A DNA stretch of 64,000 nt from Tricharina praecox (Eukaryota), in contig NW_026250418.1 of NCBI RefSeq assembly GCF_024521635.1, positions 62,001 through 126,000 on the forward strand, in the 5' to 3' direction. Shown here in pieces: positions 12,807-26,010 of the stretch. The notes under the pieces were generated by a model. The model ran no database searches and was not told the origin of the DNA. It saw only the letters and a program-made list of their open reading frames with translations. Position 1 is the stretch's first letter. Every line of letters begins with the position of its first letter. Position numbers and translations under genes: made by a program.

Positions 12807-14543
12807 CGTTGCTGTTGGTTGTTTTTTTTCGGAGTCCGGTTATTGGTTGGTTGGGTTGTCTGTCTGTATGTGAGTACTCGATTGCGATGGGTGAGCTGGG
12901 TGATGGGTGAGAAGTTGGATGAGATGACGGCGGCTTCTTATTGTTACTACAAAAGCTTCGCCGGCTTGTAGATTTGCCGTTGATCCGTGTTCGTATGAGA
13001 CGGAAGTTGTTCGTGCGCTTCATATCGTATCCAGTCATCCAGTCATCGCCCGGTACGTAGGTAAGGCACATATAGATGTACCGTAGCACTGCCACGACCG
13101 TGTGGTCGTGATCCAGTGAGCTCTCACGCAAGAACAACTATGTATCATAGGTACCTGATACATACAAAAACTACCTATCTACACCAATAACCCATGGAGA
13201 ACTCCTCGCGCTACGGTAGGCACTATAGTTACTGCGCACGCGGGCTGCGTCGGGATCGGTTGCTGTGGGCCCACAATGGTACTCATAGCGCCCCCACCCG
13301 TTCGCTCGCCATATTTGCGTGCGTCATGCGGGGCATGCACCTAGTTAATCTGTCATGCGTCGCTGCTGCTGCTCGGAAAGTCAGGCACTTTTTCTGCACG
13401 GCGTGGAAGCCTGGGGATGGGAAGATCGGAAACACGTTTGGAGTTTCGTGTGGACGCCTGGCGGAGTCGGTCTATCGTAGGTAAGTGCGCCTCGGCGGCT
13501 AGACGAGGCCTTTCTTCCCTTCTTTTTCTTCTCGTATAGCAATCGGCACCTGACTACCTACTAGGTAAGGTATACTAAGGTATAGGTAGACCTGCCTCCC
13601 GTCTGGAAGACATCATCCGGCATCGTCCCCCTTCCGGTTCCAACTTCGTGCACGCTCACGCTGCACACACAGTCCTGGCCGCTGCGTTTTCCGGTTCCTG
13701 CATTGACGTTCAGCAGCATGCAGCGCTCCCTCCCCGTGGGCCTATCGCTAGGCTTTGTACACACACCTATCGTTGCGCGGATCTGGCAGGAATAGGTCGC
13801 CGTCCGGTGGCGCCTGCGGTCAGCAACTGCTGTGCAGTGTGCGTTACGTTTCCGCGCTCAGAGTTGTGGTTGGTGGACGCGACAGAACTCAGAAGCGACG
13901 GTTGGCTGCTGTCGATGCGTACCCCAACACCATCTTCTCGTCGGAAGTGCATGTTTGGCTGCACCATACGGTGCAGATAGACACCGTACCATACTGCAGC
14001 CGCAAGAGGAGTGTCTAAGACATCGGCACCGACGGCCGTGAAAATCTTGTCTGCGTGAAGTTCGAAAGCTGCAGAAGAGAAGAGTCATATCTAGCCCAGT
14101 CCGATGAAACAGTGGAGACAGGGGAAGAATCTCGTGCGGATGGTGTGAGGTGGTCTGATGTGTCTTGCGTGGAGAGGGAGTGCGTGCATCGTCTTGTTTT
14201 TCGTGAGACTCCTTGACGGCGGTGCATCGCGGGGAAGTGGAAACGAAGATACAGCGGTGAGTCAAGACTTATCTGTCATCGAACGCGATCGACGGACTCG
14301 CTCTCTCCGACGTCTTGCGCGGAGAGGGGCGAGTGAATGCAACTTGAAACAATAACGTAACGGACTCTGCAGACGGAGGCGCAAAACATGAATTTTAGAA
14401 TCTAGAATCTATACATTTACTCCGTCACCGCTGGAGATGCAACGTTACACGGTTTCGATCCGAATAACAGACGCCTAGATACAGAGATAACAGAGCCAAG
14501 TGTCACTCAAACCCCGCCATTCCCCGGCGCCCTCCCGCATCCC

Positions 14544-15059
14544 TCATTCCGTCCACGGCTTCCCACCCTTGATCCCACCTAGCACCTTTCCGCCCGGACC
14601 ATCGCACTCAATCACCCACCACCTCCCGGGCTGCCACCACTCATCGCGCCCATAAGCAAGCGCCTTGCAACCTCCCTGGCCGGCATAGACTGCGTCGAGG
14701 CCCACGCCATCTCTACACTTCAAGCTGTACAGGCCCGTGGGGCCCCTAAACAGCCTGCAGTACTCGGGGCCAGTCGCAGCCAACGACGAGCGCGGGTTGA
14801 TGTACGTTTCCAGCGGCGAGGCCGACATGCGCAGTTGGAACTTGCGGGTTGCGCACACGCAGTAGAGTGTCCACGGAATGACGGCGGCGATGACGAGGAT
14901 GGCGGTCACCGTGAATAGCAGGAGCACGAGCTGTGTCGGGGAGTACGACGTGTGGCATGCACGCCTGACTTTGGCGCGCAGAGTGGGTGGCGGCCGCGTC
15001 GGCCTTATCGACGTCGTGACTGGCGCGGGAATCTCCATCGTGAAGTACTGCATCGCCAT
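14544..15059 (-). CDS. Hypothetical 171-aa single-pass membrane protein with Cys/Trp-containing C-terminal domain
   Basis: Intact ORF with ATG in accaacaccATGG context; hydrophobic stretch LVLLLFTVTAILVIAAVIPWTLYCVC; protein-like composition. Confidence 0.65.
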   Translation of the reverse strand: MAMQYFTMEIPAPVTTSIRPTRPPPTLRAKVRRACHTSYSPTQLVLLLFTVTAILVIAAVIPWTLYCVCATRKFQLRMSASPLETYINPRSSLAATGPEYCRLFRGPTGLYSLKCRDGVGLDAVYAGQGGCKALAYGRDEWWQPGRWWVIECDGPGGKVLGGIKGGKPWTE

Positions 15060-16474
15060 GGTGTTGGTGACTGATGCGGGGATTCACTCCGCCCCTCCCT
15101 TGGGCGCTTTATGGTGACTTTCTTGGACTAAGTCCTGCCCAGCTGATTGGGTTTTCATCGTGGATGATCTTACGACGGAAAAAAGATTGCCGTCTTGAAG
15201 CTTAGGAATGGCCTAGAGTACATACCGTTGGGAGAAGGACCGTCTTTACAACCCGCACGTGAGACTTTCCGTAGACGATCCAAAGTTTCAGTATATAGCG
15301 CGTTGCAAATATCAAATTCTTCGTCCAGAGCCGCCACTGCACCCACTGATTCCCCCCAAAGACTGGCTGCATTCTTATCGTTACTGCGAATAAGCTCCAT
15401 CAAGAGTGATGTTTATTTGATGGCTTAGGAATTAACTTCAATCATCGTGAAGCTTACCGTACAGAGGACACCGGTGGAAAGAAAACTGCCCTTTTCCAGT
15501 AAGTTTCCCCGTAGTCCACGACTAACGTAGATTCTGAGTTGCATCATGGTCAATCGTTGGCTTGTCTATTGCGATCAAGCTTCTATGGCCCGCCCGAGCT
15601 ACCAGTATCCTGCTGCACTGGGATTCCGGGACCGTGCGTGTGATCCCCCTACGGGCCACGGCGCATTCCTGAAGTCGCCCGGAGACATAGTTACATATAT
15701 TGGCCCAGAGCTATGGTCGATTTGTCACAGTAGGCAGGACACCCCCTCGCGTGGAATTCAAAATTTTTCTAGGTTTCTTCTTTCTGGTTGAACTTTGGCC
15801 ATTTAATTGCATGCAGCCCCAGCTAGAGTGGATTATGACAGCATGCACACACTCCCCCTCATTCCGTCGACTATCCGGATGACTACTCGGTTGGATGTAG
15901 ACAGTTGCGCCCTCGCTTCTCCCGTCTCTGCCTGGACATCACAACAAAGTAGACAGTAGAACGCACCAAGGAATATACACGATAGTTAGTGGCAGACTCA
16001 ATGAATACCTATACCTTCACGTCCTCTCACGCCATAAAGGCAGCTCGGAAGGCTCTGTCTGTAGTCTCCGTCATCAATCCCTGATAGCGCGCTGCTTGAC
16101 TCCCTAGCATCCACCGCTTGGGTACTAACTAGCCGACATTGATATTGTACGGGAAGGTAGGCCAGCATTGCCGGGGCAGTGCGGCTGCATCTCGGGTCCA
16201 CGAGAGGGATTCCAACTTCCAATTCTCGTTCAGTTGTGCTCTTCCACGGTCACAAGCTCGATATCCGGCCAGGGTGTGTCCAGCTTTGCGTTCCAAGCAC
16301 GGCAGTGCCTGAATAGGCGTGGAATCTAATTGACCGACTAGGGGCATTTCCCAGTGGGAGCTATCTCCCGAGTGATACATTGTGCGTCTTGGCGCGCACT
16401 GCTCTACCCCTCCATACCTTTACGCGTCGGCAGAGCTTCAGGTAGCTCCCCAAACCCCAGCCCCTCCACACACG

Positions 16475-17069
16475 ATGTCGACCCCGACGCCAACGCCGCC
16501 GCACCTCCCAAAGATCCCGGAAGACGTGTCGCCCGACCTGCCGATAACGCTCACCGCGTCCGTGGTCCTGACGGCTCTTCCGCGCGATGGCAAGCTCGCG
16601 TTGGACGCCGCGTCGCATCCGAAGCCGACCAAAGGTCCGTTTCCGACCCCCCCTCCCCAATTACACAGCCCCCCTCCCTCCCCGCGCCCCCAATTTTGCT
16701 GACACCTCTCGCGCGCGCGCAGTGACGCTGAAGTTCAAAGCGATGGGCAACGCGCCCGTGCTCAACAAGGACACGTACAAGATCAAAACCACGCAGCGCT
16801 TCGAGAACGTGGTCGTATTCCTGCGCCAGCAGCTAGAACTGGGCGCCGAGCAGAGCCTGCTGCTCTACGTCAACTGGAGCTTCATGCCGGCCCTCGACGA
16901 GAATGTCGGGAATCTGTGGAGTGTATATTCACGCCTCCCTCCTGCCCCTCCCCCGCTCCCCGAGTTGATGGATTTTTGACATTGATGGGGGGTACTTACT
17001 ATCCTACAGAGCTTCAAGACGGCGGATGAGCTGATCATCAACTACTCGCTGCAGAGCGCATTTGGTTGA
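16475..17069 (+). CDS. ATG12: Ubiquitin-like autophagy protein Atg12, 3 exons (16475-16634, 16723-16922, 17010-17069)
   Basis: Spliced product ...DLPITLTASVVLTALPRD...KVTLKFKAMGNAPVL...FENVVVFLRQQL...LLLYVNWSFMPALDENVGNLWSSFKTADELIINYSLQSAFG*; C-terminal Gly and Atg12 motifs; GT-AG introns 16635-16722 and 16923-17009. Confidence 0.95.
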
Positions 17070-17245
17070 GCTACATACGATACAGGATGGAATGGAATAA
17101 AACCGGCGGTTTACGGGTTGCTTTGGAGCGTGAAAGGAAGATGCGAGACAACGATGTATGTACTCGCGAGTCAAACGGTTGATGTTCCTGAGAATCGATT
17201 GGTAAAGGGCTTCACCAGCAATCACCGATGGACCTATTATCAAAC

Positions 17246-17332
17246 GGTCGCTTAGCTCAGTTGGTTAGAGCGTGGTGCTAATACATCTAGTATGCAACGC
17301 CAAGGTCACAGGTTCGACCCCTGTAGTGATCA
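17246..17332 (+). tRNA. tRNA-Ile (AAT) with 13-nt intron (17284-17296)
   Basis: GGTCGCT acceptor / AGTGATC-A; D arm TAGCTCAGTTGGTTAGAGC; anticodon arm TGGTG-CT-AAT-A-[intron]-A-CGCCA; T loop GGTTCGACCC; followed by TTTTT Pol III terminator. Confidence 0.95.
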
Positions 17333-20300
17333 TTTTTGGGTGTGAGGCGGCCGGCGAAGGTTTGTTTGATCATCATAGCTTTCCACCGTATCAGATCATG
17401 GCCCTACACACGTCCAGTTCCACCCCACTGTCTTGTTTGAGGCGGATAAATGGCCTGTAATTGAGGGTGTAGGTCGGTGCGGAGGCGAGCTTCCCCCGAT
17501 TGTGAACTTCGTTCCTTTGGACCTGTGCTTTGCCTTTGAATGGACCCATCGCTGCGTGTAATGTCACTTTAATTGTTGTACTAAGGGGAAGTTCCACACG
17601 TAATTGAACGGCTTCTCTATCATCAGGAGGAGACTTTGGCACAAGTGGGCTATATATCTTCATATTGAGCAGGGGCAAGGACCTTTCTCACACATCGTTC
17701 GATCGATCCCTTGACTCTTTCGATAGCGAACGAGGCGAACAGATACCAGACTGTGATCACCAGAACTAGTATGCCAGCTCGGCCTAGTACACATAAATAG
17801 TAATGCAGCCCTGGAGGAGTATCTACTCGCCAATTGTCTCCTAGTCACATACCAGAATGCGCAGCCTTCGTATCCACTAATTGCTGTCGTGCCCATTATT
17901 TAAACATCTCTCGTATCTGTCGGGCAGTCTATTTCGGTTCCTTGCGCACCGCGCTCCTACCTACATATATAGATCATCTTCACCGGTAATGGTCGCCCAC
18001 AAGAGGCCTGTACACCTTGACATCCCTATTCCTCCCAGCAACAATGAGTGTTCCAAAGCTTTCACAAAACCGGGTGCCCTAGCGTTCGGGATGCTTGAAG
18101 GCCGGTGCCCGAGTCCCGGGGCCGATCCAGAACTGACGGAACCGGGGTGTCCGTAAGCACACGGCATCGGCAGCGGGCATAGACAGTGTATAAAATCCTA
18201 TCCATGTACTAAATCGTATCCCAAGTTTTCGTACTGCTTTCCATCGTAATTCTGTGAATGTGGGTCATCCGATTGGTGGACATGTAAAGCACAAGGTAGG
18301 TAGTAATTCTCCGCGGCCAAGAGTACCCAGCTCTTTGAGATCTGACCGCGCGGATGGGTTACACGGTCATATGTGACATATCAGCGCAATGGCCTGAATT
18401 CGTTGTTTGCGCCCATGGGGAAGGCACGGTTTTCCAGAGGGGCGGCACCGGGATAGGTATGCCTCGATGAGCCCACGTAACACCCGTTTGACAGGTGATT
18501 CATGGGATGTGCGTTTCTGAGGCAACCAATCATTTATTCTGCTCAAAGATGTGGAGCCATGAGGCTCCGAGGACGGCCTATATATTGAAGAGCATCCTCT
18601 TTCAGGTCTGAGAAGTCGGTTTATGTGCATGGTCTATCACTCGGAACACTCTATCCAGGTACCTGGTTCTTCGATCTCGACTGCCATACCGGTGCTAAAA
18701 TACCGGCAAATGCAGCTGCGAACGGCTGTATCCCGCACCAGCAATACCTCAAGCCTGTGCCATCGAGGTCTGCATCTGTCAACTGCAAACAGCCGTTGGT
18801 GGTAAGGTGAGCAAACGCCAGGGTGTCACCAAACTTTCTTTTTCGTGGAGCCTGTAGCAAACCTTTTCGTACACAGAACCGGCACCAAAAACGGATGTTA
18901 TACCGCGAGTAGGCTGAACATGGCCCGAACTAAAGTTCCGGAAGTTGAAGATGCAGTTGGCGATAGCCCATGCCAGTGCCGGCTTCGTGCATACACATGT
19001 AAGGAAGATTGTTGGTTCCCTTTTATGCAGTGTATTGTGCTCATCTTTAGAGCTATATACCTACATAAGCTCTCCTGACAACTACAGCTGCTGTCGTCCT
19101 CCGGTGGCACACACTGCACAGTCATCCTACGCCTACGCTGCTAATGTTCAGCTCGATATGTGGGTACAGATCTCACATCCCTCCACGATTATCCCGGACC
19201 CCGCTTTGAACTCATATTTCACCGCCCTCCCGATTTTTTGTTTCCCGCGAACCGCGTTCATACTGCGTCTGCATCTTTAGGGCACATGTGATTGGCTTGT
19301 GTGCCTTGATCTACTCATTCAACAGGTGTCATAATTTCGTCATGGGGGCATCGACTCAGAAGATCTCCTCATCACCGACTTTTACTTTTACTTTTACACA
19401 GCGTCTATCGATACAAAGTGCCTACATAACTTGGTTCATCTTCTATTGTGTTTCAAACGCTACCTGGTTAACCTATAATTCGCCAGGCCTCTCTCCTTTA
19501 GGTACTCAGCGCCATTACGGGAAGTGGGCACGATATTTCTTCGGCTTCGAACAACCTCGGGGACATGGGTTCGCCAACACTACTAGTACTCTGGAGCTCC
19601 CTGTCCAGCTCCACTCCCATCAACACCGCAGCAAAACCACGATTCAGCTACCCACGGTACGAACAAGTTCGCCCGCCACTTGAAGGCGCTAGACACGGGC
19701 TTACATTCGGGTGTGGTTAGGCTTTCCGTTCCGAGCGGATTACAAATCTTCAAAGGAGTTAATTACGGACTTACCGACTGTCTTCACAGGCCGCAATCGA
19801 ATCAGTCCGTGTCGAGTCCGCATCGTACCATCCCTCTCAGCTTTGACATCTCCCAGCCGCCTCCAGCCCTCGGCTTGAAATCGAAATTTTATTTATCGCT
19901 GCGGCTCCGCGCCCCGTCGAGAGACCAATCCTCGCGACTTCATCATCATCTTCACTCTTCGTGCGCAATTTTTTGGCCGACACCGCACTCACCGCGCCAC
20001 ACCGGCGCACCCAAGAACATGCCTCGGTATGTACGTTGGCGGCGCGTTTATAGACGCGTGCGTGCGCGCGGCGGCGGAGGAATGATGCCTAGCCACGCTG
20101 GGTTTGGCGCGGCCGTGCGGCTCATGCGGCGTTCAGCTCTGCGCGCCTTCGCCCCATCATCAGGCGCACTCGTGCACGCGCGCATCCCGTTTTTCGCCTG
20201 ATATAAGGCAGATGATGTACCCCCCGCCGAAAGTCCCCGAAAGTCCCCGAAATTTGCAGCTATGTACGGAGGGACAGGAATGGAAGTGTGCGCGTGGATG

Positions 20301-22535
20301 AGTTGACCTGACTCTGAACAGCCTTCCTTTGTTATTTGTGGCTTTGGGCAGAGTATAAAGGGAGGAGCGCGGGAGGGGGAGGGGGGAGGGCGGCACTCGT
20401 CGTTTGAGCCTGCGTATCCACGGATTTGCGACAGACTGACAGACTGACCGACCGCAAGAGCCGGGCGTGAGTCCTCGGGATGCACTGGTTCTGATTCTGG
20501 TGCTTTACCTATCACTGGAACTTCGAAAACCGTTCTCGTCCCGTCGGTCCGCTCGGCTGATTGCTTCGGCTTTGTGGACACCTTTCGATGTCTGCAATTT
20601 GCGTTCTGGAAAACAACGGAGACTGACTATTACATCCACGAGGTATCACCCCGTCCGCCGCCGGCCGATGGCTAACCTACACAGAACCGGCCGGGTCCGA
20701 GTTTTGGCACATGCCAACAACACTTCCAGATCCTTCTGGCACCAAGTAACTCGATTTTTACGGCCGTCTCGGCGAATACAACCCTCTCGACTCTCGAGTC
20801 GATTAATGCATTCTTGGGGACGAGAAGGCGGATGGCGCATGGCTGAAACGGTTGGAACCTGGAACTTGGAACCTTCTTGCGACACCAAGTGTTTTCATGG
20901 GACGCCACTTTTCAGACTTCACCCAACTATGTACTGACGGCAGGGAGTCCGCGTCGCATGTGAAGTTTGTATATTTCACACGGTATATTACTTAGGAGAA
21001 GCCCCCTCTCCCCCAACTTACTTCTAATATCTATAGGTACCGCGCTCACCGCTTTCCTCCGTCTGCGACGTATATTCTCGCGATCCGGTCTTGAGAATAC
21101 TACCGCATCCATTCCTACAGGCTACCTCTGGGTCGTCTCGAGTGCAAGATTCAAAGCTGGTTCGCGTCTCGTCCATCGATTATCACCCGGACGGCATCGG
21201 TATCGGCTCCACCCAACTGCGTTCGAATGCGCGAGCCGAATGGGCCCGTCGGCGATGGATATTTGATGGGCCTGGATTTCTCGGCCGGATTGCTGGCTGC
21301 TAGCGTGGATATGGGCGGGAGGGGTGGTGAGGGGAGGGGAGGGGAGGGCCGATGGGCGGGAACGGTATGGAGTGGTTAGGTTGGGGGCATGTGGGGGTAG
21401 GGTGGGAGAGGGGTTGGCGACGGCCGGTGGCCGGTGGCTGGTGGGCAAGAGGGAACACGCGGAGGTGGGATGAGGAGGGAAGCGAAGAACGAATCAGCAA
21501 CGAACCAAACGATACGGCATACCATGAATGTGGCCAGTTGGAGGAGGGCGGGAGGAACGGTCAGTGCGGAACGGAGTAAAGTTGTGGGGAAAGTGGGGTG
21601 ATAGGAGTGGGCTGGAGAAGGAGGGGGATGGAAAGGGAAGGGGAAGGGGAAGGAGAACGAGAAGGGGGAAGGGGGAAGCAAGACCAACAAGCCGGGATCC
21701 ACGACCAAATCGATATCCACCATACGTACACGGCTAATTATTGTTCCACGATGGAAGAAACTTAGACAACGGAGAGGAGAAGGAGCGTAGTTTGTAGGAT
21801 AACGGCAAATGAGCGAGCACCGGAACTGGCGACACTATGCCAGCTAACTACAGCTGAGAGAGGGTGGAAGATACAGACCGGCCGGGCCGGTCGCAAGAAA
21901 CGCTACCGACGAGTGAGTGGATTATTCACCGACAGCGAAGGAAATGTGATTGCAGTGCGAAAATTGTGTGGAAACGACAAGAACCGAGTACCGAGTTTAA
22001 TCAGGCAGAATTACAGGACGGATCTGCCGACCCGCGAGCAGAACGGCGATGGAACGATTCAGCAAATACCCGTACCGCATGGAACGAATGGTGCCAGATG
22101 ATCATGCAACTACTGGCACCATACCCTACCCTATCACGATGATCTTGCATCATATCGCTCCAAAGGACTGTCACACCCACACACTGATGCCAGTGCCAGC
22201 TGCAGGAATCCAACCTTTCCCCGGCACTGGGCGCAAAGTAATCGCCCGAGCACACACACACACCTTTTTTATTCCGCCGATCTACTTTATTTTCCCTTCG
22301 GCGAATTCTCGAGCAATCATGAGGCACCGCTTCTATTTGGGTGTCGGTAGTTTCCATTGCGATCGACGGAGGCGAGTGGGGCCGCACATTTAACCTTATC
22401 GAACACCTTACTTTATGCAGCGTGGGGGATTAACGTCTGACCTCATAGAAGCAACAATAATCTATTCCGATAACAATGCAAATACAATACAAATGAGACA
22501 CGATAGACCTCCTATATCGACAACAGAACATGCGC

Positions 22536-22590
22536 AAAAGGAAACCAAAGGACAAAAGGAAACCAAAGGACAAAAGGAAACCAAAGAACA
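22536..22590. repeat. 18-bp tandem repeat (aaaaggaaaccaaaggac) x3 in putative 3' UTR of 22742-22927
   Basis: Direct reading of sequence. Confidence 0.85.
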
Positions 22591-22741
22591 TAGTAGCCTC
22601 CAAAGAACACACCTCACGCCAAAGGACACAACACCCACCAAAGAACACAGCAGTCACCAAAGAACACACCACATAACGCCCGTCTAATCCTCTAGTATGC
22701 ATGCACTGACGGACCGAAACCAAAACTGGACTGGCGGAGGA

Positions 22742-22927
22742 TCACGTATTCGACCCGTACCGACGTTCGAACTCCCTCAACTGCTCCATAGCGCGGTCGC
22801 CGGCGTCGTTGTGACCCGGAAGCGGCACTCGTGCAATCCAGCCGGGTACATACACACCCTGTGGAGGCGCGTTGGTGGTGGGCGGGCTGGTGGGGGGTGG
22901 GTTGGTGGGGGGCGGGTTGGTGGGCAT
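22742..22927 (-). CDS. 61-aa microprotein, GW-x-x-RV-x-x-PG family member
   Basis: MPTNPPPTNPPPTSPPTTNAPPQGVYVPGWIARVPLPGHNDAGDRAMEQLREFERRYGSNT*; first ATG downstream of the TATA at 23389-23398; accaccATG context; ungapped homology to two other ORFs in the window. Confidence 0.75.
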   Translation of the reverse strand: MPTNPPPTNPPPTSPPTTNAPPQGVYVPGWIARVPLPGHNDAGDRAMEQLREFERRYGSNT

Positions 22928-23388
22928 GGTGGTCGGTTGGGGTGGGGAGTTGGTCGGGGTGGGAGTCGAGGTCGAGGTTCGATTTGTGTGTGTGGAAGGG
23001 TTGTCGCGACGGTCTGGTTCGGCGACGAAGTGTGGGTTAGCACCAGGTGGAGGACAAAGAAGTGATGGGCGAGAAGACAAAAGGGAGGAGTATGGGGAGA
23101 CGATGGTAGTGATTATAAAGAGAAGGGTAGTGGACGACTCACTGTTCGGTGGGAGGAGGCGGCGCTGGTAGTGGTGGTGGTGGTGGTGGTGCTGGGGGCA
23201 GAGGTGGCGGAGCAGAAGGGAGAAACACGAGGGAAAAGAAGTCAAGTAGGAGGTGGTGGATGGCGACGGTGGTGTAGTGGTGGTGATAAGTGGTGGTGGT
23301 GTTGGAAGCTGTCGGTGTTGAATCTGACAAAGGATGCTAATTTGAAGTGCAGTAGTGGTGTTGAAGCTAATTTATAGTGGAAACGCCG

Positions 23389-23398
23389 TTTATATATA
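23389..23398 (-). promoter_or_regulatory. TATA box (TATATATAAA) for 22742-22927
   Basis: Followed on the minus strand by a ~460-nt ATG-free, pyrimidine/CAC-rich leader. Confidence 0.55.
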
Positions 23399-25446
23399 CA
23401 CACGCTACCTCGCTCTCCGTTACGTTCTCCCTCTGTTCTGTCTGCCAAGCTGGTTCGCACAACGGGTTTTGCTGTTAGAGGCTTGGGAGGTGCGCACTGT
23501 GGGAAGCCCTAGGTCACTCTCTGGACCTGGTCTGTCGTGCGCGCGCGGGGGGGGAGGATGATACAAGTCCATGGGGGATACAATTCGGAATGGGTAGTCC
23601 GGGCGGCCTGCTTGTTGCGATGTGCGCAAGGCGCGCTTTTTGCGCCCGAACCGGATATTCAACGTGGTGGATGTGAAGTTGGGGGCGGACGAGAGACGAT
23701 AGACCACTTCTAGTGGCTTTTGGCGCTGCTGTTGTTGTCGTCCGCGATGGAGGTACAAGTCGAAACGACCGGGCTGACCCCTACAGGCGACTTCAAAATC
23801 GGGGATAATGTTTGCTCCTTCGACTTCCGATGTTTCTGCTGCTGATACTGCTGATGCTCTACTCCGGCTTCTGCTGCGGTAGTAGTGTGGGGTGGCGGTA
23901 TGCAACGAAGAAAGAAGAATGAAGAAAAAAAGAATAAAAGAAAAAGCTGCACACTCTCACTGGAACCGCGACCTCTTCTGCTCAAAATATTTGTTTTTGC
24001 CTGCCAGCACGATGCAACGGAAGACACCAAGCCCGCTTAGTCCTGAGGTCCACTGAGCACAGTTTCTGTGTGTGCTGTGTGCACAACACGGTGCCTGCTT
24101 ACCTAGAGGAGTACCGGCAACATGCACAGCCACAGCCACTAGGACAACAACGCACGTAATTTTCTTCGGAGCGACTTCAAGAGCTGGGTCGGTGCCTAGT
24201 CCCCTCAGGTCACCTATGTAGGCACCGATCGTTGAGGCGCCACAATCATATTCCATATATCATCCTGGCTGTTCGCAAAGTGCGCTGCAAATATTTGCTT
24301 TCGAGCTCACGGCTCGTATTCCACTCCACTGCTCCTCCTCTTTCCGGCGAAGTGCGAATTCTGGGGGCTTTGAGCACTAGCGTACGTTCGGATCCCTAAC
24401 GTTCATATCGCAGATTATTTAGGTGTCGAGTCTCACCCGGGCCGATATCTAAGACGCTGGGCGAGGCAACAGACCCGAAACTCCCGCGAACGGCGTCCCA
24501 ACAAAGGTCGGAAGTCGCACACAGCACTGCAGAGCCCTAGCCTCGACTGACCTCGCTTTGTCACGCCATGGTGGCAAATTGTGTGGCGTAGGCGAGTTAG
24601 TTACACACACCAAAACGCAAACACGAATACGTTACTCTACTTACCTATGCAGGGGGCGGGTCTTGATGCCATTCCGACCGGCACGAAGAATATGAGTTGG
24701 ACGTTTGATCGATCCCTGTCCGCCCCAGCACGCCGCCCTCGGCCAGTCAGATAAAGGAGCGGCTATGTACCAACGTCTTATACCCTTCCTTCCTCCGCTT
24801 GCATAGCCCCCCCGGGTCCTCTGTCGGCAGAACCCGACCGCCATTGAGAGGAACCATCGAGCAGGAAAGCCTTACATATCACACTGTCGTCGTAGAGATC
24901 CTGCGATTGTCAGCCAATTTGCCACGAACGCCGGCCAACCAGCCAATGCCACGATCCATCTGGATACGCAATATATGTGCCCGGCATCTCCGAAGAGCTT
25001 GAAGCTACTACCTATGGCGACGCCGTGTCTTCTGGCTGGCCGCTGGCGTGGGCTCAGTGTACGTTACCTTCTCGATAATGTGTAATCTCCGCTGCCAACC
25101 TAGCTTGCGAACCACCCTCATCCTGTTGGGAGCAACCACACTCCACTTCTGCTCCTCCATTCTTCCCAATACCCCACCATCCCACACTCCCGTTTCATCT
25201 CCTCGTTACTGCAATGCATGCTGCACATCATTCCTCTCGGCCCGCACGTCTGACGTGGCAACGTCAGCGTTCCATTGGCCAGGCTTGCGAGAAAAATGCG
25301 ATGGAGCCTTGTCGCAATGTCACGTGCAACAGCCATTTGATGTACATGGAGTACATATGACGCATGTACTCTACCTGCCCCTCGTAAGGAGAACGGGCAA
25401 GGAAGAAAGAAAGAAAGGGGCGAGCCGAGTCGCTGACCAGCCGATC

Positions 25447-25771
25447 CAGTGTTCTCCATAGTCTGATCCAGACTGCAGTCCGGACGGGGCGGACTGCTAA
25501 AATCCAGTCCCGTCCGAGCCTTTTAGAGGACCGGATAAAAGTAGTCGGTCCGTGACTCCCGTCCGCCACTCCAACCACCGATAGTACGCCTCGGGCTTTC
25601 TATCGTGATTTCTGTCGCCTTGTACCAGTCTTGGCAGTCCGTCCTGTCCGACCTTACTGGTGGACTAGGTAGTCCGTGCGACAGAAACCTCCGGACGAAC
25701 TGGATGTATGGAGTCCAGCCCCATCCATAGGTCCGGACTGACTGAACTGGACTGGACTATGGAGAACGCTG
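25447..25771. mobile_element. hAT-like MITE, 325 bp, related to 685-941
   Basis: TIRs cagtgttctccatagtc / gactatggagaacgctg (1 mismatch); flanks agccgatc / agatgatc (6/8, degenerate 8-bp TSD); shared internal word taaaagtagtc and ggact repeats. Confidence 0.8.
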
Positions 25772-25912
25772 AGATGATCTAGATCTCGATCTCCAAAGGT
25801 GCGGCCCCGCTCCGCTCTGCATATTCTCCTATCTCCAGCCTTGTGCAATACATAGGTTCCGAACAGAATGGCCGAACGCAATAATTACTATTAGCGCATA
25901 GGCCGCATACTC

Positions 25913-26010
25913 TAGTGTTCGACATAGCGCTGTCCGGACTGGACTGGACTGCCAAGATACAGTCCAGTCCGAGGGCTCAGGACGGAGGGACTGGACTATG
26001 TCGACCACTG
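25913..26010. mobile_element. Internally deleted 98-bp copy of the 685-941 MITE family
   Basis: tagtgttcgacatag ... ggactatgtcgaccactg ends match the 685-941 TIRs; interior ggactgccaagatacagtccagtccg matches 873-898. Confidence 0.75.

Noticed and set aside
19700..21720. Splice-like signals, TATA-like words and medium ORFs (e.g. 20048-20581)
   Set aside because: No consistent exon chain or recognisable protein could be assembled; may be UTR or lncRNA
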